Positions 1 to 34,016 of a DNA stretch of 64,000 nt are shown here, one piece after another (position 1 is the first letter of the stretch; every line of letters begins with the position of its first letter). The notes below the pieces were generated by a model that ran no database searches, had not been told where the DNA came from, and was given only the letters and a program-made list of their open reading frames with translations. The stretch comes from Amoebidium appalachense. Lineage: Eukaryota; Protista; Ichthyosporea. Both the position numbers and the translations under genes were made by a program. The stretch covers positions 3,720,001-3,784,000 of the forward strand of contig CAVNZM010000006.1 in assembly GCA_963693365.1 (NCBI GenBank), written 5' to 3'.

Positions 1-2120
1 GGGGGGGGGAGGGTATATGAACACAGTGTTAAGGGACCAGTGGGGAAGAGCAGCAAGCCAATGTTATGGAGCTTCTGACAAAGTGAGTGAGTGAGTGAGT
101 GAGTGAGTAAGTGGGTGAGTGAGTGAGCCAGCGAGTGGGAGTGTGTGTGTGTGTGGTGTGTGTGTAGGTACGTATGTGTACGTTGTGTGCGTTGTGTGTG
201 CCTGCGTGCGTGTGCGAGTGAGTAACTGTGTGTGTGTGTGCGTGTGTTGCATACGTGCGTGTGTGCGTGCTTGTGTACGTACGCGCGTGTGTGCGTGCTT
301 GTGGGCATGTGTGTGTGCGTGCTTGTGGGCATGTGTGTGTGCATGCTTGTGGGCATGTGTGTGTGCGTGCACGTGTATGTCATGGTGGTGAGGTGGTACG
401 CACGTGTGTTTGGTGGAGAACGGAGAGGAGGGGGAAGCAGGCGAGGGAAGGGGGAAGGGGGAGATCGAGTGTTGTGTAAACTACATGCAAAAGGGGAATG
501 AGGGGACAGATTAGGTGAGGGGCATAGAGAGGGGCGGTTGAGCGGGTTGTAGGGAATTTGGCACTATCCCGATCGTGAACGGGGTGTGTGTGTGTGTGGG
601 TGGGTGGGTGGGGGGAGGGGAGGGGGGGGGGGGGGGGAAGGGGGGGGGGGGGGGGGGGGGGAGGGGGGCAGCTTGTAATAGTGCAAGAAGAAGAACTGAG
701 CGCAGACGCATTGGTATATACAAAAAACATGAGCAAAAAAAGAAAAAGAGCCAACGTTTCCCTTCTCAGCCGCCGTATACAGCACGGGTGAGCCAAACCA
801 ATAAAAGCAGTCAGAGCAAACCGGATAACGGGTAATTCTGCTACGTGAAAGCCAACTAGTTGTGGCGTGTCATTCAGACTGCCAGAAACATTAATCCAAG
901 GGGACTCGTGCCATTAGGAACTTAAGAACTGTCAAAAACATCAATACCCGGAAAGTGGAAGAGTGTGTCTGGCCTTATTTGGAGCCATGCTTGGATCATG
1001 AAACCGCACCTGTGCCTGCAGCAGTGCTATCTCAAAGTTGAGGTTACGCTTCTTGCTGCCCTCTTTGGGTGGTGGCCCCTTCTTGCTTAACTTTTGGCTG
1101 GCCATTTTATCCTCCTTACTACTTGCTCTATAAAATGTGCCTTGAAAAAAGTCTGAAAGTTCCCTTTTGATCTTTCTCGACACACACAAACCTACTATGT
1201 CATGTTGCCCTCGGATCCGTGACTCTTGAGTGGCAGCTGCCCCTGCATGCACGGGGGGTTTGCGCCATCAGGGATAGTCCGTTTGCGTTGCAGTGACGTC
1301 ATAAGTGGCCATTTACTCAAATTGTCATACAGATTCGCCTGCATCAGGGAGTTATCATGCTGTAGGCTATTTCTTGGAGCCTCAGCCTGAGGTTTCGAGG
1401 CCAAGTCCGAAGTAGGAGGCCTTCAATGCTCGAGGCTCGAGCTCCCGGTCGGCACACGTGCAACTCAAGAAAAGTTTCGAAGGAAGCAAGCAAGGCATCG
1501 CCGTGAAACTGATGATGTGAACAGGAAGGGTTTTACCTTTCCATGTTATATTTCAGCCCACAGCCACAGTGACAGCTGCAAGCACACACGATATCGATTG
1601 GTAAAAAGCATAAAACTTGCTATAACGTCAGATCTCCTTTCTCCGTTAGCAGAGGCGGTGCATCTAATATTAGCACATTAGCCCACGACACCACGTCCCC
1701 TTTGCATGATGGCCAGCATGTTCGTCAGCGTCTTGAAAAACGTTCTCAAAGTTCTCTACAATAAGGCGCTGTCATCATCATCCCCCACCTGCTCTTGTAA
1801 TTAATGACTGGTTTGGTATGAATGCCTTACAGGATTATGATACACGTTCTGTATGTATAATCAGATCTTAAGATCTTTGCCATTTTCCCCCGGCTGTTGT
1901 TGGTGCTTATTGTTCTTTTCTTCCTGCTGCAAGTATGCAGGCCTTTGGGTTGAGCCCTGAGCAAGCTCCCGGTTTTACTTGAAGCTCTTATGTACAGACA
2001 GCTTACTATTCATGCTTCTAACATGCTTAAGCAGTTCGTTTTTTCTTCCTCTCTCAATATTCCACAGAAATGAACACTCATCTAACAAGGAAAACTGCAC
2101 GAGGTGTTTGCTGCCAAACT

Positions 2121-3578
2121 CTACTCATTATCCCCATCCTCTTCCTCCCCATCGTCCTCAAAGGTAACGGTATTGTTACCCATGGGGGAGGGGCAATCCA
2201 AAACACTATCACATACAGACGAGATATTCCCAGTATTCATGCTATAGCCACCCAGTGGCAGGTTAGCCAACCAGTCTACCAGTTTAACGGTCTTACCAGT
2301 GGCGTGATCCTTAACGCTAACGTCATACATGTTGTCGTACTGCAGCCAGCAATGCTGTGTAGAGTTAATGAGGAATGGAACGAAGTTCGACTCGCCGGTC
2401 GTGATAAATTTGTTGTACAGGTTTATGGTGTTGTTGTAGAAGGAGGCAGGGGTAAGGAAGGGGTCGGTAGAGATGGCCCCGTTTCTGGCACATGCCGGTG
2501 TGCTGTTATCGAACTTGTACGTCTTGTTTGCGGTAGATGCAAGCAGGTTGAAGTAGTCAATCTGCACCTTGTCGTATGCCGACTGTGTGCCCACAAACGT
2601 AGCATCGACCATGCTGTCCTGGTTTTCGTTAACGAGCTCACAGAAGAACGCTTCACCCTTGTCAAGCCTCGCCTTCAAATCCTTCGGCAGATATGTGGCG
2701 AGGGGTGATTCATGCATTTTGATGCCGTAGAACACCTTGCGCTGGTTCTCGGAAAGAACTCCGGCATACCCGTCAGCTATGACGGCCGTGCGTGGTGCAT
2801 CATCATCCCCGAGGATGTTCGTGTAGTGTGTGTAGATGTAGTTGGACCAGGCTTGCGCACCAAGGGATCCGGCAGAGCACCCGGCGATGATGAGCTCCTT
2901 GGGTTTTTTGATGTTGTCAAACACCCAGTTGAGGGCCGACATTGTGTTGTTGGATCCTGCCTGCCGCACGGTGGCAATAGCTTCTCCGGTGGTCTTGTTC
3001 TTGTATGTGCGCACGACATTGCCGAAATGGAGGTCGCCCGAACAGTAGTGGATGGCGAGAATGGTGAAGTCGGTGAAGATGGAATCGTTGCGTGTGCGGT
3101 TAAAGATGCCAGAGGTGTAGATCTTGGGCTCGTCAGCCACCCACATGTTCAGAGGGATGGCAGTGGGAGACGGGGACTGTGCGCACGAGCCCATCATGTC
3201 AATGTCGTCTTCCCAGCAGCCACCGCCACCATAGAACCAAATCAAGAGCTTGCTGGTGTTGCCGGGGTACACCTGGAAGTAGTATGGGTGTGACTCGTTC
3301 AGGCATTGTGTGCCGTTGCCGGGGATGATGCCGATAGACGGGGCCTTGGGGAGGGCAGAAAGGGAACAGTTTGTGGTGGTCATGTTGCAGAGGGGCACAG
3401 ACTCCATGGGGCAGCCGTAGGGCTTGCTGTCGGGGTCTGCATAGCATGTCGTGTTGGTGGTCGCCGCTGAGGGGGCTGCGGCGGCTGTGGCTGTGTCTTC
3501 CCGGCGCCGAATGGTGGGCCGTGCAAGGACCTCGGTCAGGGCCAAGAAGCCCAATAGAGTGCGCAGGAGGCTATTCAT
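2121..3578 (-). CDS. Secreted pectinacetylesterase/Notum-family alpha/beta-hydrolase, 485 aa, intronless
   Basis: Uninterrupted ORF. ATG at 3578 begins a signal peptide (MNSLLRTLLGFLALTEVLA). Family motifs are GGGGCW (oxyanion region), IHYCSGDLHFG, nucleophile elbow GCSAG and a candidate catalytic His in QHCWL. Many N-x-S/T sequons and an acidic C-terminal tail. Confidence 0.85.
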   Translation of the reverse strand: MNSLLRTLLGFLALTEVLARPTIRRREDTATAAAAPSAATTNTTCYADPDSKPYGCPMESVPLCNMTTTNCSLSALPKAPSIGIIPGNGTQCLNESHPYYFQVYPGNTSKLLIWFYGGGGCWEDDIDMMGSCAQSPSPTAIPLNMWVADEPKIYTSGIFNRTRNDSIFTDFTILAIHYCSGDLHFGNVVRTYKNKTTGEAIATVRQAGSNNTMSALNWVFDNIKKPKELIIAGCSAGSLGAQAWSNYIYTHYTNILGDDDAPRTAVIADGYAGVLSENQRKVFYGIKMHESPLATYLPKDLKARLDKGEAFFCELVNENQDSMVDATFVGTQSAYDKVQIDYFNLLASTANKTYKFDNSTPACARNGAISTDPFLTPASFYNNTINLYNKFITTGESNFVPFLINSTQHCWLQYDNMYDVSVKDHATGKTVKLVDWLANLPLGGYSMNTGNISSVCDSVLDCPSPMGNNTVTFEDDGEEEDGDNE

Positions 3579-3929
3579 GTTGGATTTGTAGACAAGAGCT
3601 GAAGATGAGTGGTTAGGTATACATGTACAATAGTGCAATTTGCTTAGTCTTGGATGGGCATGCCAGTACCGACTGTGACTATGTCGGCTTGACAAGGAAA
3701 GTTCAACAAATTGAGGGTTGGTGAAAATGTCCGCTTATTTACAACGCTTTAGCTAGTATGGGCATGAACCGTGTTGATCTTATACATGTAAGTGTGGACA
3801 ACAAAGCTTATTTACAACCAACTCTGTTTGTACAGGGTAGGCTACGTATACAGTGAAGCGCACGCAGACGTGCGGTTTGTTTTGATGCTTTTTGTGCCAG
3901 GTCCGTGACGTACAGCTGTGTGCGAGCGA

Positions 3930-4245
3930 GGTTTCCTATTGGTTTGTGATGAAGGACCTGAAAGTGCATAAACACAAATAATTAACACGTTCTAACTTGC
4001 AAGAATCGTTTGGATGAGAAGAGCTTCTTGAAGCCTGCACGCACATATAATTCAAATGCAAACAAAAGCCTGGAATGAAGAACGTATATATTTGAGGCCT
4101 AAACTTGGATTTCCAGTAAGCTTTTCCCCATTATTTAAATGATGTTGGCCATGAGAGATTGAACCATTGGGTTGCCGCTCCGTGCCCGGAGCCATAGACC
4201 AATAGGGTTCTAGTGCACAACCTTAATGGCTTCCTATTGGTAGCT
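3930..4245. promoter_or_regulatory. Putative bidirectional CCAAT-box promoter region
   Basis: ATTGG/CCAAT motifs cluster at about 3938, 4167, 4199 and 4236, between the divergently oriented esterase gene and the small spliced ORF. Confidence 0.4.
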
Positions 4246-4709
4246 CTTCCGGCCACACAGAATGATGCGCTTATAGAAACGCCACAGTATTCTTTTTCAT
4301 GAGCACCAGCAAATACTCCTTTGTCCCGTTTTACATCTGCTAACTTCCTTTTATCATTAGTTTGCTACAATAGTAATAATATGATTCAAAGACTGGCGCC
4401 GGGCCGCCAGCGCCACACTGCCACCGTGAGTGCCACGGTGGCACGGAGCCTCCAGTCATCGGCATCAATAGCTGTTTTGATCAACCCTTTGATTGGCTTT
4501 TTCGTTCCTCAAATTTAATGATCCCGATTTCCCGCCCTCTCAGATTGTCACTAAGGTCGTCCTGTTCACTCAAGCACTGCTTCATTGTCACACAGAGATT
4601 ACACGAAGGCACGTATTCAACACTATTAAAATTGCAAAGGCCAGCCTGCTGGCGCAACTCTCTTCCAACTTAGAACAATGGGTTGGGCTATTAGTAGTAC
4701 ACGCTAGAC

Positions 4710-5367
4710 ATGCTGTGTTATTCCGTGGCACGGGATTTGTCGTACGATTTGTCCTGGGCAAGCGGCTCAAGCCTTCCTCAGATTCAACTAAAGTCATGCA
4801 AACGCTTTGTCTCGTATGTTGATTGGCTGCACCTACATTTGTGAGCCAAAACTTTTTGGTTGTGGGCTTGTGGCTGCTTTTCTTTGTGTCTCTCTCTCTT
4901 TTTTTGTTTGAACTCGGTCGATAGGCTCGGAGAAGCCAGGCCTAGGGCAAGAGGTGAACATTGCCGAAATGCCTTTGGTGGCCTAGCTGAGGGTGTAAAA
5001 TAAGCATTGTGCGGCTGTAAGCTTGGAACATATTCACTTCCCTTTGCCAATTTGCCTTTCATCAGATCTTTGCGCACCGAACATGAAGAGCAAAAAGAAG
5101 GGCGGAAAAGACTACCTCTTCGACCTAGTGGACCTTGTGGTGGTGAACGTGCAACGCCACTACGCACATTACCAGAAGCGACCATCAAACACTGAACCTG
5201 TCAGAGTGGTGCGCTATGCACACAGTGAATCCATCGCTTCGTCATTTTCAGCTGGGGCAAACATGATGGCTCAATCTTCTTTGCCTAGCTTACAGAGGAA
5301 AGATCAAGGGGCGTCGAGCACATCGAAAAGGATCAGTTATGATTCCATCATTCTCAAGGAACATTAA
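4710..5367 (+). CDS. Putative small spliced gene of unknown function (about 157 aa, possibly 5'-incomplete)
   Basis: Exons 4710-4813, 4925-4992 and 5066-5367 join in frame through GT-AG introns with matching phases, giving MLCYSVARDLSYDLSWAS...GEHCRNAFGGLAEDLCAPNMKSKKKGGKDYLFDLVDLVVVNVQRHY...KEH*. No homology recognised. Confidence 0.35.
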
Positions 5368-6027
5368 AGAAATGAACATATGAGCAAGGCCTTCTGGCTT
5401 TGAGGAGCGCGCTGGGGTTGTGGGCGATAGAGCCGCGTGAAGAAATGACGGGCGGTTTTCAAAGATCTTGCACTGGCAACTCATCTCTTGAATGATTCAA
5501 GAGTGATCAGGACAAATGAAACAATTGAAACATGCTGACCGTCGCAGCTTTGCTTTGCATTGTTCAACGTAGAGTTAGTGCGATTTTATTTTGTATGTTG
5601 TGCTTAACAGCCAAGTGACTCGTGGAAATTTGAACACCCACGAACACATTTTTGTGATATGGTGCAGCCATTTCGTGTGTGTCTGTTTGCGGTATTTGTG
5701 AATGCCTGTCATATGAAGTCCATGAAGATAGTTAATAAGGCCTGGTTCTCTTGCTCGTGCGCACTGGATGCTTTCCAACGTATGGATTCATCAGTATGCT
5801 GCTAAGGGTAGATTCCGAGGTACTGAGCTAGCATTTTTTATTTTTTTATTTTTTTAAGGCATAGTAAGATGCGTAAATATATCACCTGTCCAATATACAC
5901 ACTGCTATACTGTACTTTTCGAATTGCCGTAGTACTTCACGGTGTATACGCTTGATGAATATCATATATTCTAATTTCAATATGGTCACGTGTCCGGCCC
6001 CCCCCTCCCCCCCCCTCCCCCCCCCCC

Positions 6028-6058
<31 letters not shown>

Positions 6059-6323
6059 CTCCCCCCCCGGGCCCGGGCCCTTCCTTCCTCCCTTATGTTC
6101 AATTTAAATCGTGCTTACATCAAGGGTGTCTTCGAACTCCATGCCACATGCCATGGCCAAGGGGGCTGCAGCGGAGGGGGGAGGGGGGAGGGGGGGGGGG
6201 GGGGGGAGAGAGGGGGCACGGCTTGGATTCAGTAATTATGAACATCACTACTGTAAGCATGTTTGTAGTGCCTCACGCCAATCCCCCTCTCGGCCTCCTC
6301 CCCCCCCCCCCCCCCCCCCCCCC

Positions 6324-6370
<47 letters not shown>

Positions 6371-6692
6371 ACACAAAAAAACACACAAAAAATTTATCCC
6401 AACCCTGAACCCCACCACCACCTTTGACGATACTACCTGGCATGCTTGTGGTATGTGTGCGGATGCAAATTAATAATAAATCACCCATGATGTAATCCAA
6501 ATATGCGCCTTTTTTATTTTTTATTTTTATTTTTTATATATAGAAAATGAGTGTGTATGCGCCGAGGCCATTGCGCACGTACTATACGTGTATCATACCA
6601 CCCACTATCCCTGTCCCTGAACCCCCCCCTCCCCCCCCCCCAAATAAAAAGGCACATCCCCCCCCCCCCCCCCCATTAAAAAGGGTCAGAAT

Positions 6693-6727
<35 letters not shown>

Positions 6728-7470
6728 ATCGGCCACCAGCTACCCCGCTGTAGACCCCATTAACAGATGTATTGCCGTACCGTTTTGAAAATTTATCACT
6801 CTAAAACAAGCATTTCAAAGATATCAGAAACTTAGTAGTGTAGTACTTAGTTTCATAATATGTACGTTCGTGGACACAATTAGCCAAGCCTTAGGCATAT
6901 ATTGGCATTAATGCAACCACCACACGTGCACACTATCGCATAATTGCAACATTTTGTGATACCTGCTCATACATGTACAAGCCCCTGTCCGAAAATGAAA
7001 AACAACAAAATGAGAAGGGAGGGAACTATCTGAACAATCTGCAATTCCACACTACTTCGAACATTACGTACTGGATCATGCAGTTACTCATTATATCCGA
7101 TCGGATTCATACGTTCACAAAAATAAGTGCTATTCAAAACCAGCTGTACCAATAATATGTCATTCTACGCTGTCCATGTATGCATTGTTAGTGCTAACAT
7201 GTACAGAAGTATTCTATAGTTCCCAACCATGACCATAATATGTGCCCCTCCCCCCCCACAAAACCTCCCCCCAACCCAAACACACACACACACACACACA
7301 TACACACACACACACACACACACATGCTACATTTAGGCTACCACATATGCCCGTCATCCACGATTCGAAGACTTGTATGTCTCGTACAAAACTTTGCAGT
7401 CTATTCCCTCCGCATTTACTCAGTGTCAACCGTGATTTTCAGTCTTATGAATGATCACAATTCCCAACGT

Positions 7471-7577
<107 letters not shown>

Positions 7578-7618
7578 CCCGCCCACCCACCCACCCGCCC
7601 ACCCACCCACACACAAAA

Positions 7619-27813
<20,195 letters not shown>

Positions 27814-28059
27814 GTTTAGAACTATGTGCTTCCTGAGGCACACACATCTACAAATTTAACCTCGTTAACAGTCCTATATCGGTGCCTAAACCCATATGTC
27901 CAGCTTTAAAATGTTGAATAACCTTTGTATCATGTGGGTAAAGCTGTTGACTGGGTGGAGAAAAATGTGACTGTTGCCACTGAGACAGACAGCACAGACA
28001 GTCCGTCGCAGCGCTCACTTCTTTTTGTGATGACGGTGTCATTTTTTATCACGGGTGAA

Positions 28060-28120
28060 TCGCGATCATTGGTTGGTAGGCTCCGAGTCTAAAAATCTGG
28101 CCGCATATAATTGGTTTAGC
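28060..28120. promoter_or_regulatory. Putative CCAAT-box promoter of synaptojanin
   Basis: Two ATTGG motifs (about 28068 and 28110) lie 250-300 bp upstream of the ATG at 27813. Confidence 0.35.
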
Positions 28121-28469
28121 GAGCACCACCTGCCATATATGGTTAGTTGTGGAAATTCCTTGCAAGCTGACCATGGCGAGGCCATGGGCGAGTTCAGTGG
28201 GCGACTTCTAGATCTTAGATCTTGGGAGAGTCAGTCTGCTCACTGCATCATGAAGGGGGGGGGCAGCTGGAGTAGGTATGTACCAGGCTAAAAGCTCTGC
28301 TGCAGGCTGTACACCCCGGTACGTGACGGTTGTGGCACTGCAGAGCCAGCCACCTGACACCACCCTCCCCCCCCCCCCCCCCCCCCTCTTCCCCCCCCCC
28401 CAAAAAAGCACACACGCACACACACTACAGTACGTGACATACAGTGACACACACACACACACACACTCA

Positions 28470-28947
<478 letters not shown>

Positions 28948-29939
28948 TTCAAGTAGCGTCTGGCACCATCGAAAAAAATTTCAGTAGGGCCCTGGCAGTG
29001 GCCATGGCCACATGATTCCCTACATGCTCCCTGCAATGCATTATATGGCATCTGAACTGCTTCAACCGTGGCCACGTGCACCATGGTAGTACCATCGCAC
29101 GTAGACATATGTATGTGTGTAGTAGCTACGGTATCGTGAAAGAAAATATTAGACAACGATATCATGGTTCATGGTTAGCTAAACGTGGGCACACACACGC
29201 ATATGTCTGTGTACCATGCATATGTCAGAGGTGAATGATCATCATGTTTTTCTTTGTTTAGCGCGTGCACGCTTCGATCCCCCCCTCCCCCCCCCCCCCC
29301 CCTCCCCCCTCCCTCCTCCCCCCAAGGTGCAACTGTGGTCTCAAACTTGTTCACATCCGATTTCGCTGGCTCATCAAGCTTGTATACGTGGATGCCTTGT
29401 CTGTGTATTGAGGGAAGGGGGGAATTGCGGAAGGCTCAGGTATCTATGTAGAACAAGTACCGTTGGGGGAAAGGTAGGGAGATACCGAGAGCGCGGGGGC
29501 GGGGGGGGGGGGGGGGGGGGGGGAGGGGGGAGTAAATACTGGAGAAGGATAGAAACCGTTGACGTCGACGGAGAAAGAACTAATATTAGTGAGAGGCTGG
29601 GGAGTGGGAGAAGGAGGGGGGAGAGGACCCTCGACCTATATATGATATGACATCCCCTAGCAGAAATGCGCTGTGCCTGTGGTGTATCTACCTACATGGA
29701 TTTGTATACTTGAAAGCCCCGGGCATTACATCTTGCATTCTGTGGGCAACTGTGTTGTCCTGAGTCCCTGCAGGTAATGCGCAGGACAACCGAGTGAAAT
29801 AAAGAAAAGAATAACCCTGGATATTACGTATTGCATCGAATAAACATCACTCGGTGACATCTTCAAACAGCCACGAGACGGTCTCAACCGGTCTTTTTCT
29901 CTTCTGACACTAAGAGGAATTCTCTGCGTATTTGTGGGG

Positions 29940-29977
<38 letters not shown>

Positions 29978-29980
29978 GAC

Positions 29981-30322
29981 AGCATTGCGGAGGGGCGTCT
30001 GCAGAGGGGTCATTTTTTTACCCCTCCCCAAAGTCACCCCTCCGCGCACTTGCGGAGGGGGTGCGGAGGTGTTTTCATGAACTTGCGGAGGGGTTTGACG
30101 GTTTTGCGCAGGGGTAAAAGTAAGGTTGCGAAGGGGTTTTCTTACTTTGCAGAGGGGTGGACCCCTCTGCACCCCAGATGTTACCCCCTCCGCCCACCCC
30201 CATCCGCCCCTCCGCAAGTGTCAGAATTCACGAAGCAGAGGGGTTTCAAGGAAGGGTGCCAAAAAAAAAAGACTCTGCGGAGGGGTTCCAAAAATATATC
30301 AAAAGTCCACTGCAGAGGGGTG

Positions 30323-30376
<54 letters not shown>

Positions 30377-31335
30377 CCTTGGGGCCGGGCCAGTTCGCGC
30401 ATGATGTGAACTAAAGGCATTGTTCTTTACGCAAAAAGGTAAACATTTTTATAATGTGTAGGAGTATAAGTGCCTTTAGGATTCAGGGGTCCTGAAGCTA
30501 TCAATTAGAAGGTTATTTATTATATTTGAATGAATAACTAAGATACTTCGAAGGAAAAAGAGTGCGCGCCCGTGCGCCTACGAAATATCTTGTCGCTAAG
30601 GTATGTCTATTTTATATTTTAGGGTATTATGATTGGCGCGATTTGAGATTTAGAGCTGTAACCAATCAGACAAATTGTATTCTTAAATTCAATCGTTATT
30701 GGATACATGTCACGACATATTGATTCCGGTAAGGAATGACATACCAGCACATGTGCGGCCACGTGATTCATCACTTATTGCAGGCTGTGTTTCGCTTTCT
30801 ATATGCCGGTCGGTGTGACACACATCTATCAAGGAAATTAAAAATTGATTGAACATTGAACGCAAAAACGCTCCTTAAAAAAAAGAAAACTAACACCAAA
30901 TACTTCATTTTGGCTGGATACTTCCGGAGATCTATGTAGATCCAGTTCGGCGGCACCACGTGTGCACGTGGCACGGCCACCTACCGGCGCCGGCTGCGCA
31001 GTAGGTGACTACACAGTGCCCCCCCCTCCCCCCCCCCCCCCCCCCCCGGAGGAACCCCTCTTCCCCTCAAAAGTTGCCCCTCCGCAGTGCAACATTTTCG
31101 TCCCGCCCCTCTGCTCACCCCTCTGCAAGGTCTTTTTTGGCACACGCAGAGGGGTGTGCGGAGGGGTTTTTATAGCTTTGCGGAGGGGTGGGCGGAGGCA
31201 ACCCCTATAAAAACCCCTCCGCACCCCTCCGCGAAGTCATAAAACCCCTCCACAATGTCGTTTTTTCGGCACGGAGGGGTGACTTTGCGGAGGGGTCAAA
31301 TTCACCCCTCCGCAACGCCCCTCCCCAAAGTGCGC
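29981..31335. mobile_element. Foldback-like structure: two inverted arms built from GC(G/A)GAGGGG modules around a more AT-rich spacer
   Basis: The left arm (about 29981-30325) starts GCATTGCGGAGGGGCGTCTGCAGAGGGGTCA...ACCCTCCCCAAAGTCACCCCTCCG. The reverse complement of the right arm (about 31050-31335) starts CTTTGGGGAGGGGCGTTGCGGAGGGGTGA...ACCCCTCCGCAAAGTCACCCCTCCG. Each arm holds more than 10 modules in both orientations. Confidence 0.55.
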
Positions 31336-31391
<56 letters not shown>

Positions 31392-32486
31392 CTGACAATG
31401 AGGGGGCCCTGTTTATATCAATTCAGCTTTGAATTCATAGTGCGAACTTTCCCGTTTCCGTACTTTTTTTTGGTTGCACATGCACAAAAGCCTAGGTTAC
31501 TTGGCGCGTTATGGTCACGTATGATACCTACCACTACTAAGTTAATTAATTAACTCAGAACAGCAAAAGAATTCAAGTGCTACCAAATGGGATTTACATT
31601 CACTTCAGGAGCTAGAAAAGGTAAGTCACAGGTTAACTATTCATGGTGTTTATTTTTTACGTAACCAAAATGCCGTTATGTGCCATTTTGCAATTGTTTG
31701 CCGAAACCCGCAACCACACATGTATTTCAATACTACCACATATTTAATTACTAAGTTGTTTATTTGTTTTTTATTTTACTGGTAATTAATTTTTATTTTT
31801 ATTTTTATTTTTATATTATTTTTATTTTTTATTTATTTTTTATTTGGGGGGGGGGGGGGGGGGGGGGGGGGGGAAGGGGGGAGGAGGCCCTGGGGGAAGA
31901 TTTCTTTTAGATTTTTAAGAATACTGCAGTAGACAAAGGTATTGTACAGGGGGACACCAGTAACATTCAAATTGGGCGGTGGTCTAGATATCCTTGCGAT
32001 TGGTGGGCAGTGAGAGTCACAATGTACGTGTGTGTGTGTTATGTTTTTTGTTTGTTGATGTTGGGTCCATGGCCACCCAGTGGGGAACACGCGGGAAAGG
32101 GGGAGGGGGAGGGGGGGGGAGGGGGGGCGGGGGGAGGGGGGAGGGGGGAAAGAAGGAAGAGGGGGGAAAGCTTAAGGTGGAATGTGGGTCCTGCACACTG
32201 GCAGGCCTAGTGGTTTATGTTTGAGATGTAGGCTAGGGAGGGTGTTCGAAGTAGGCATTGGCAAGAGGACCCCTAGAGCCGATCTAAGCATACGTACCTG
32301 ACTGATGAAGGTTGCTTGTCAATCAAATTTCTAGGCCTTTAGTTTTTTAACTTAATAGTTAAACTCGACTCATCGTCCGATTTTCTGTGTCAACCTTGTA
32401 AGCAAGGCGATTTTGGAATATGGGCTTTGACCAGCAAATGGGAGGTGAACATTAGAGAACATGATGACATGATGTTAGAACGACAA

Positions 32487-32527
<41 letters not shown>

Positions 32528-32867
32528 GCACGGGCGCACAGGCGCGCGCACACACAACATAGTACACAACATGAACATCAGCGCGCACATGCGCCCATTG
32601 CTCAAGCTGTTAACCAGTCGAATTATGGCCAAATCTGGTGGGATACCGCAGCCACAACCTCGGCTTTCTTAAGCTTCCTTGTTTCTTCATACCCTGGCAC
32701 ATTTCTTCTCCCCTTCCCCTCTATTTGAAATTCCTTAGGCATTTTTTCACTTCAAAATTTATGGGACTCATCACTCTGTCTTCGGCATTTATTTCAGTTA
32801 AGACTGGTTGAGTTCCAGGAGCAAAGGTTCCCGGCATAAATCTGAGTCCGAGAGGAAGGAGGGGCAC

Positions 32868-32901
<34 letters not shown>

Positions 32902-33463
32902 GGGGGTAAGACCGGGTGTGGAGGGGGGAGGGGAGGTCCAATGGGGGAGAGGGGCTGGGAGGGGGGGGGGGGGGGGGGGGGGAAGGGGCACACGTATGAG
33001 TTATTATGTTCTACAGTAAAATGTCTGAGGAGCAGGATGTTGTATACTAATCCCCCCCCCCCCCCCCCCCCCCCCCCTTCCTCCCCCCGGCGGGCCCCCG
33101 CACGCCCCCTGCCTGAACACACCCGGCCACGTCACCTAAAAACCAACTCCTCTTATTTGCCACACCCGCCCGTTGGAGTATTTTGCACCATTCTTGCAGC
33201 AATTTCATCATTATGCTGGCTCGAATTCCACTATAGATTACGCTCCCTACCCCTGCAGTCATCTCAGTCTCCCTCTCCGAGCTCCGAGGCTCTCTCTCTC
33301 TCTTTTTTTTTTTTGCCTCACCCCCCCCCCCCCCCCCCCCCCCCCACACACCCACCCACCCTCCTTCCTCTCTCTCTATCAGGCCCGTGCGCCATTCCTG
33401 TTGTCCAATGAACAATGATTTCTCGTCATGTATACGTATATCCCTTCCTTCCCCCCTCCCCCC

Positions 33464-33506
<43 letters not shown>

Positions 33507-33966
33507 GGCCCCCCAAGGCCCTGTGTACGTCAATTTAGATTTGCTGAAGCTTTCGTGCTTGTGTGCTAAACGTTTTTCATGTTCTTTTGTCTTTCCCCCC
33601 CCCCCCCCCCCCCCCCTAGCTTCAGAATCTCTCCTCTTATCTGGCGTGTCTGCTCCTCCCTAACAAAGGCTCCCCTCAATGACATTCGTCTTTTTCGTTT
33701 TCATTCTTTCTCTCAGTTTTTGGTTGATCCTTACACCCACACAGAAAAACACATCAAAATAGCCACACCAACACCTAGAAGTGGCACCCAAGTACACATA
33801 CGAACAAACAGTTTCACACAGAACGCGCACATGCACATGTAGAAATACTACACACACACGCACAAGAACAACACAAATATACATGTCACACACACACACT
33901 GTACACACACGCACACAAGCAAACATACATGCAAGCCCAAGTGCACACACTTACACTCAAACGCAC

Positions 33967-34016
<50 letters not shown>

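Noticed and set aside
660-1420. Exon-like segments (MASQKLSKKGPPPKEGSKKRNLNFEIALLQAQ on -, EEELSADALVYTKNMSKKRKR on +)
   Set aside because: I could not join them in phase without stop codons and recognised no homology.
2070-3293. Long + strand ORFs 2070-2708 and 2712-3293
   Set aside because: Antisense shadows of the esterase CDS.
32295-32340. CTGATGAAG hammerhead-like core
   Set aside because: No downstream GAAA or flanking stems.
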